53,028 bases of DNA, taken from assembly GCA_018671775.1 (NCBI GenBank), contig JABHGY010000015.1:1-53028 (forward strand), read 5' to 3'. The notes under the pieces are model-generated. The model was not told the origin of the DNA. It did no database searches and saw nothing but the letters and a program-made list of their open reading frames with translations. Positions within the stretch are counted from its first letter, which is position 1. Each line of letters opens with the position of its first letter. Positions 47,713 through 53,028 of the stretch are shown piece by piece. Both the position numbers and the translations under genes were made by a program. The stretch comes from Fidelibacterota bacterium. Its GTDB lineage: Bacteria; Fidelibacterota; Marinisomatia; Marinisomatales; UBA1611.

Positions 47713-49329
47713 ATGTTCTCCACTAAGTTTTTCATTCTGACGATATTATTAATAACTAGCCCTACAATTTCTATGAGCAAAACACTATTAAAAAACGGAC
47801 ATTTTTATGGCCTCCCAAATGTAAGGGCTGTTTCTTGTGAAAACGGAAAGATTGCCTCTCTTAGCCCTAATCTAAAAAATGATTTTGATGCCATCATAGA
47901 TTTACAAGACGGATGGGTTTATCCTGGATTTACCGACGGACATATGCACCTTTCTGGCTTGGGTTGGTCTTTAGAAATTTTGGACCTGGTCGGGACGAAA
48001 GATAAAAGGTCTATTTTAAAAATCCTTAAATCTTCCCTTGAAAAAGTAGATAAGGACACTTGGATTCAAGGGCGAGGTTGGGATCAAAACGACTGGGAAG
48101 AACAGATTTATCCCACAGCCAGAGATTTAGACAAAGTATCGCCGAATCATCCTGTTGTGCTTAGACGAATCGATGGACACGCATTGTGGGCAAACACCAA
48201 AGCAATGCAATTAGCGGGACTTGAAGCAAATATAAAAAATCTTGATGGTGGTAAAATTATACGAGATGAAAAGGGGAAACCAACGGGGATTTTTATTGAT
48301 AATGCCATGGATTTAATTACGGGCGCAATTCCAAAAGCATCTGAAAAAGATATTTTACGTTATACCAAAAAAGCGCAAACTTTATTGAATTCTCTTGGTG
48401 TTACCTCCGTTCATGATGCCGGGACAAGTAAAAAAGATATTAAAGCCTATCAAGATTTGCTCGATAAGAATGAACTCAGCGTTCGCATCTATGCCATGCT
48501 GAATGATATAAGAGAAGATTATGAATTTTATTTGGAGAATGGTCCTGTTTTTGATAAACCATTTTTAAATATTCGTGCGTTAAAAGTGTATATGGATGGC
48601 GCTTTGGGCTCTCGTGGCGCCGCATTGCTTGAGCCTTATTCGGACGCACCAAATGAATCTGGTTTTATTTTTATGAGTGATACAGCATTAAGCAATATTG
48701 TGAAAAAATTCAATAATCTTGGATTCCAAGTTAATACCCATGGCATCGGAGATCGAGCCATTCGCCAGATATTAAATGCTTACGAAATATCGGGTTTCTC
48801 AAAAATGCGAAATCGTATCGAACACGCCCAAATTGTCCACCCCCTTGATCTGCCTCGTTTCAAGCCATTGGGTGTGATTCCTGCCATGCAAGCAACACAT
48901 TGCACCAGTGATATGCCTTGGGCAGATGAACGATTGGGGAAAGAACGTTTGACTCGAGCCTATCCTTGGCAATCTTTTTCCAAATTGGGCTTAGCCATTC
49001 CCGGAGGATCAGATGCGCCAGTAGAATATCCAGATCCTTTGGCGGGCATTTATTCGGCAATCACGCGACAAGATAAAACTGGTTGGCCTAAAGGCGGTTG
49101 GCAAGCGCAAGAACGATTAAGTTTAGAGCAGGCTATTCAATCTTATACAACTTGGCCTGCTTATGCCTCATTTGAAGAAAACGTAAAAGGGAAAATTGAA
49201 GTAGGTTATTACGCAGATTTTACTGTTTTAGGTCAAGCCTTATCAACAGAGAACCCGAAATTAATTTTAGAAACAAAAGTAACTCATACTATTGTGAATG
49301 GGAAAATCGTTTATCGAGCACATGATTAA
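47713..49329 (+). CDS. Exported amidohydrolase-family metallohydrolase (Amidohydro_3 / YtcJ-like)
   Basis: GFTDGHMHL (HxH) metal motif and a TIM-barrel hydrolase pattern. I start at the ATG at 47713, which gives the signal peptide MFSTKFFILTILLITSPTISMS. The listed TTG at 47677 adds 12 codons. Confidence 0.8.
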   Translation: MFSTKFFILTILLITSPTISMSKTLLKNGHFYGLPNVRAVSCENGKIASLSPNLKNDFDAIIDLQDGWVYPGFTDGHMHLSGLGWSLEILDLVGTKDKRSILKILKSSLEKVDKDTWIQGRGWDQNDWEEQIYPTARDLDKVSPNHPVVLRRIDGHALWANTKAMQLAGLEANIKNLDGGKIIRDEKGKPTGIFIDNAMDLITGAIPKASEKDILRYTKKAQTLLNSLGVTSVHDAGTSKKDIKAYQDLLDKNELSVRIYAMLNDIREDYEFYLENGPVFDKPFLNIRALKVYMDGALGSRGAALLEPYSDAPNESGFIFMSDTALSNIVKKFNNLGFQVNTHGIGDRAIRQILNAYEISGFSKMRNRIEHAQIVHPLDLPRFKPLGVIPAMQATHCTSDMPWADERLGKERLTRAYPWQSFSKLGLAIPGGSDAPVEYPDPLAGIYSAITRQDKTGWPKGGWQAQERLSLEQAIQSYTTWPAYASFEENVKGKIEVGYYADFTVLGQALSTENPKLILETKVTHTIVNGKIVYRAHD

Positions 49330-50074
49330 TCAAAAACACAAAAAACACATTCGATCTTTAGACCAAAAAAAATATCGAAAAAAATATGGCCAGTTTCTTA
49401 TTGAAGGATTACGGCTTGTTGAATCTGCCCTCTTATTAGATGCAGACATAATCGAATTATTTTGGACGCCATCCATAGAAGAGCGTCATCCCACATTTGT
49501 GGAAAAAGTTTTGGAAAAGGGTCTAAATGTAAATCGTGTATCTGAAAAAGAAATTCAAGAAATTTCAATGACCGAATCCCCTTCTGGGATTGTCGCAATC
49601 TGTGCACTACCAAGCTTGGAATTTGCAAATCTTTCCTCGCAAAAAAATTGGCTTTACTTAGATTCAATTGCTGACCCAGGGAATCTTGGAATGATATTAC
49701 GTAACGCTTCTTGGTTTAATATTTGCAATATTGCCCTTTCGCGAGGATGTGTGGATGCCTTTAATCCAAAAGTCTTACGGAGTGGCATGGGTGCACATTT
49801 TTCGCTTCATATTTATTCCGATTTTGAGCTTTCAAATTTTCAAAAAAGTCAGCATACCTTGGTGGGAACAGATACAAAAGGAGAAGCGATTTCAACTCTG
49901 TCGGATATTCCTAAGCCATGGGTTTTGGTTTTGGGTGGAGAAGCAAATGGCTTACAAAAGGAAACGCAGACACGATTGGATTTACTTTTATCTATACCAA
50001 AAATCGGAAAGGGAGAGTCGTTGAATGTGGCTTCTGCTTGCGCTGTGTTTCTTTACGCGATGACAAAATCTTAA
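49322..50074 (+). CDS. TrmH/SpoU-family RNA 2'-O-methyltransferase
   Basis: FLIEGLRLV, DPGNLGMILR, LVLGGEANGL and IPKIGKGESLNVASACAV motifs. The ATG at 49322 overlaps the upstream stop (ATGATTAA). Confidence 0.85.
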   Translation: MINQKHKKHIRSLDQKKYRKKYGQFLIEGLRLVESALLLDADIIELFWTPSIEERHPTFVEKVLEKGLNVNRVSEKEIQEISMTESPSGIVAICALPSLEFANLSSQKNWLYLDSIADPGNLGMILRNASWFNICNIALSRGCVDAFNPKVLRSGMGAHFSLHIYSDFELSNFQKSQHTLVGTDTKGEAISTLSDIPKPWVLVLGGEANGLQKETQTRLDLLLSIPKIGKGESLNVASACAVFLYAMTKS

Positions 50075-50149
50075 GCTTATTTCGCCGTTCAGTTTTAGGG
50101 AAATGCGCCGTAACTTCGTGGGATATGGACAATGCGGAGATAAAACATT

Positions 50150-50947
50150 ATGAATCAAACCATCACAATACGAAGCGCTTTTGGCATCGTTTTTCTTTCC
50201 ATTCTAACGGCATTTTTAGTCGGAGGAGTGGTAATGGGTTTTGCCCTATCCGCGCCTGAACCTTCTAAAGAATTTTTAACCTATATTTCATTTTTTATTG
50301 GACAAGGGGCAATGGTTCTGCCTTTATTTTATTATTTATCTTCCCGTAAAAAATCAATTGTCAAAAGCCTTAGGCTTCATCCTGTCTCTTCAAATACGAT
50401 AATCCATACCATTGTTTTGGCCCTTGGATTTAGTGTCATTAGTGATGAGTTAAGCCGATTGATTGAACTCGTTTTACCCGCACCAGAATATATTCTTGAC
50501 CTTGGTGGAATATTGAGCCCTAGTAATCCCTTGGCTTTTCTGATTATGATTCTAGCTTTTACGGTGATTGCACCGATTGGAGAAGAACTTTTATTTCGTG
50601 GCTTCTTACAAACTTTTTTAGAAAAACATTGGAAAGATACAACACGGGCGGTTCTTGTAACAAGCCTGTTTTTTGCATTGATTCATCTCAATCCATACTG
50701 GGCAATACAAATTTATATTTTAGGTGTGGTTTTGGGTTATCTTGCTTGGAGAACCAACTCCGTTTATCCTGCTTTTATTTTTCATGGCATTTTAAATGCT
50801 ATTGCCCTATTGTTAGGTATTAATCCTGAAAATAGCTCATCTTTTTATCTTTGGAATGGACATGTGGCTTTATGGATTCTTTTTCCGGCGCTCATCTTGG
50901 TTTATCTCGGTTTTAAAGGGATTAATCGCAAAAGGATACAAACATGA
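50150..50947 (+). CDS. CPBP-family intramembrane glutamic endopeptidase (CAAX protease-like)
   Basis: EELLFRG, FALIHL and FHGILN motifs in TM segments. Confidence 0.85.
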   Translation: MNQTITIRSAFGIVFLSILTAFLVGGVVMGFALSAPEPSKEFLTYISFFIGQGAMVLPLFYYLSSRKKSIVKSLRLHPVSSNTIIHTIVLALGFSVISDELSRLIELVLPAPEYILDLGGILSPSNPLAFLIMILAFTVIAPIGEELLFRGFLQTFLEKHWKDTTRAVLVTSLFFALIHLNPYWAIQIYILGVVLGYLAWRTNSVYPAFIFHGILNAIALLLGINPENSSSFYLWNGHVALWILFPALILVYLGFKGINRKRIQT

Positions 50948-52314
50948 GAAAAGAAATGTTTGAACATGAAATTACGCTTCTCCGTGATACCTTTCGACGT
51001 TTGCTCCGCCGTCATGCCAGGACGAATCTTAGCAAGTTAATCCAAAAAACGCACCCAGCTGATCTTTCTGTTATTTTCAGATATTTTTCGGATGAAGAAC
51101 AAGAACAAGTTTTCGCTTTAATGCCATTGGATGAAAGCACGGGAGAATTTTTAAGTGAATTAGATGAATCTACATTATCTGAACTTTTAGAGGAGGAAGA
51201 GTCAGATCGTATTGCTTTAATTGTCCGCGAATCTAATTCTAACGATCAAGGAACTATCCTAAATGCCTTGTCAGAAGAAAAAACTCAGTCCATTTTAGAA
51301 TTACTGCGGCAAGACGAACAAGAAGAACTTGAAGAAATTTTAGCTTATCCCGAAGATAGTGCTGGGTCACTCATGTCCACAGACTTCTTTGCTTTGCGTC
51401 AAAACACCAAATCTCATGACGCCATTAAAACGCTTCAAGATCAAGATGAAGCAGAAATGGTGTTTTATCTTTACATCACAGATGATGATGAACGCTTGGT
51501 GGGTGTCATCAGCCTGAGAACATTAGCTATTACGCCACCCAATACGCTTTTGAGTGATATTATGATGAAAAGTGTCCACATGGTTCGGGCAGAAACAGAT
51601 CAAGAAGATGTGGCACAAATTGTAGCACAATATAATTATTTAGCTGTTCCTGTCGTTGATAGCGATATGCGTTTACTTGGAATTGTTACTGTTGATGATG
51701 TGGTGGATGTCATCCGAGAAGAAGCCACTGAAGATTTCCTTAAAATGGCTGGGGCAGGTAAAGATCGTGAAATTTTGCATAAATCAAGCTGGGAAAACGC
51801 AAAAGCCCGCTTGCCTTGGTTATTTGCTAGTTGGCTAGGCGGGATTGTCGCAGCAACCGTTATTGGCGCTTATGAACACGTTTTGCAAAGTACGATAGCC
51901 TTGGCTGCTTTTATCCCTGTTATTATGGGGATGGGTGGAAATATTGGGACTCAGTCTTCCACTATTATTGTCAGAGGAATTGCCACGGGACGTGTAGATT
52001 TTGGGAGTGAGTTCAAACTTATTTTTAAGGAAATTACTGTTGGGCTACTCTTGGGTGGACTCTATGGTCTTCTACTTGGAATATTTGCCGAACTTAAATT
52101 CATTGACGCTCCACCATTTTTGGGTCTTGTTGTTGGTCTAAGCATTGGGCTTTCTATGTTAATTGCAACTGCTGTTGGAACAATGATTCCATTGTTTTTG
52201 AGAAAATTAGATATTGATCCTGCAATTGCAACAGGTCCATTTGTGACCACAAGTGTTGATATTGTAGGTGTTTTGCTTTACTTTGTGATTGCAACTTCAT
52301 TCTTAAATTTATAG
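50944..52314 (+). CDS. mgtE: Magnesium transporter MgtE
   Basis: MgtE N-domain, tandem CBS domains and a C-terminal TM domain with GNIGTQSS and DPAIATGPFVTTSVDIVG motifs. 4-nt overlap with the CPBP gene. Confidence 0.95.
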   Translation: MRKEMFEHEITLLRDTFRRLLRRHARTNLSKLIQKTHPADLSVIFRYFSDEEQEQVFALMPLDESTGEFLSELDESTLSELLEEEESDRIALIVRESNSNDQGTILNALSEEKTQSILELLRQDEQEELEEILAYPEDSAGSLMSTDFFALRQNTKSHDAIKTLQDQDEAEMVFYLYITDDDERLVGVISLRTLAITPPNTLLSDIMMKSVHMVRAETDQEDVAQIVAQYNYLAVPVVDSDMRLLGIVTVDDVVDVIREEATEDFLKMAGAGKDREILHKSSWENAKARLPWLFASWLGGIVAATVIGAYEHVLQSTIALAAFIPVIMGMGGNIGTQSSTIIVRGIATGRVDFGSEFKLIFKEITVGLLLGGLYGLLLGIFAELKFIDAPPFLGLVVGLSIGLSMLIATAVGTMIPLFLRKLDIDPAIATGPFVTTSVDIVGVLLYFVIATSFLNL

Positions 52315-52327
52315 CAAAGGAAATATT

Positions 52328-53028
52328 GTGGCTTTTTTTCTATTCTTATCCTTAAGCATTTATATTGGATTCATTGTTTATATTATCGCAGGTCTTTTCC
52401 GTTATAACGACACAAACAATGAGGATAATATTGAAAAAACGGTCACCATTGTTATTGCGGCAAGAAATGAAGAAAATAATTTAGAAGCACTTTTAAACGA
52501 TATTGCCAATCAAGATTATCCAAAAAATCTCCTGGATATTGTGATTGTAGATGATCGTTCCACAGATAGCACTTGGGAAATTATTTCACAATTTTCCAAA
52601 AATTATTCTTTTATCTCTGGCTTACAAATATCAGATTTGTCTAATGAAATGACTCCAAAAAAATATGCGCTTACCCAAGCAATAAATACATCTTCAGGAG
52701 AAGTGATTTTAACCACAGATGCAGATTGTCGCGTTCCAAAAACATGGGTAAGCTCAATGGTTAATTCTCTTGGAAATGAAAATGTCATAGTTGTAGGGTA
52801 TTCACGCATTGATGCCTCTTCAAAATCTTGGTTTCACCAATTACAATCTTTAGATTTTTTAGGTATTATGGCGGCTAACGCTGGCGTAGCAGCTTGGGGG
52901 TTATCTTGGTCTGGCTCTGGACAAAATTTAGCATATTTGAGATCTGCCTTTGAGAAAATTGATGGATTTAATCCTGTATCAAATCATATTTCAGGAGATG
53001 ATATGTATTTAGTCCAAGCTATTTCAAA
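52328..53028 (+). CDS. Family 2 glycosyltransferase, 3' end cut by the window edge
   Basis: It is absent from the ORF track because no stop falls in the window. A GTG at 52328 opens a frame that stays open to base 53028. After an N-terminal TM segment come TIVIAARNEE, VIVDDRSTD and TTDADC (GT-A DxD) motifs. Confidence 0.8.
   Translation, partial: MAFFLFLSLSIYIGFIVYIIAGLFRYNDTNNEDNIEKTVTIVIAARNEENNLEALLNDIANQDYPKNLLDIVIVDDRSTDSTWEIISQFSKNYSFISGLQISDLSNEMTPKKYALTQAINTSSGEVILTTDADCRVPKTWVSSMVNSLGNENVIVVGYSRIDASSKSWFHQLQSLDFLGIMAANAGVAAWGLSWSGSGQNLAYLRSAFEKIDGFNPVSNHISGDDMYLVQAIS

Noticed and set aside
698-52809. Dozens of 60-146-aa ORFs in the track lie antisense to, or out of frame within, the long genes. 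Examples are 698..931, 2331..2711, 10711..11151, 25776..26174, 27519..27905, 36935..37366 and 52603..52809.
   Set aside because: Each is fully embedded in a longer ORF with clear family motifs. Their translations are low-complexity or Ser/Pro/Cys-rich, as expected for mirror frames, and none has a recognisable motif.
1-53028. A search by eye for CRISPR arrays, tandem repeats, IS elements, inverted-repeat-flanked cassettes, toxin-antitoxin pairs and restriction-modification genes.
   Set aside because: I saw no regularly spaced direct repeats, and no transposase, integrase, recombinase, methyltransferase-endonuclease or small-gene pairs. Apart from the two noncoding elements already reported, the spacers are short.

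Overview
This is a 53-kb, low-GC (roughly 40% by eye), very tightly packed chromosomal segment from a diderm bacterium. Almost all of it is housekeeping. From 0.5 to 42.3 kb nearly every gene is on the minus strand. It starts with an envelope-biogenesis supercluster (uppS-bamA-skp-lpxD-lpxC-fabZ-lpxA-hyp-dxr-rseP). Next come mrp, a ferredoxin, a short plus-strand pair (MFS transporter and glycerol-kinase-like FGGY kinase), a class V aminotransferase, pepC, plsC, mutY and marR. A priA / beta-barrel / secreted-lipase trio follows, then rpsF-rpsR-rplI and a membrane pyrophosphatase. After that come pth-rplY-prs, tRNA-Gln(UUG), ispE-ispF, queA-ruvB, a long transketolase-like gene and uvrA. The minus-strand block ends with a rhomboid and a motA-motB-exported-protein operon. 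The last 10 kb mixes strands: DUF819, yjbR, recO, proS, an amidohydrolase, a TrmH methyltransferase, a CPBP protease, mgtE and a truncated GT2 glycosyltransferase. I found no rRNA, CRISPR array, transposase, integrase, phage gene or recognisable defence system. I cannot point to a convincing novel multi-gene system. The stretches the gene models do not explain are two noncoding elements. One is a GC-rich nested-hairpin element at 15084-15241. The other is a 441-bp noncoding gap with elevated GC at 38881-39321. A few small operons have uncharacterised partners: the beta-barrel plus Gram-positive-type lipase, the MotAB-like pair plus exported protein, and a His/Cys protein in the recO operon. 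All functional calls come from reading motifs in the supplied translations. No database search was run.
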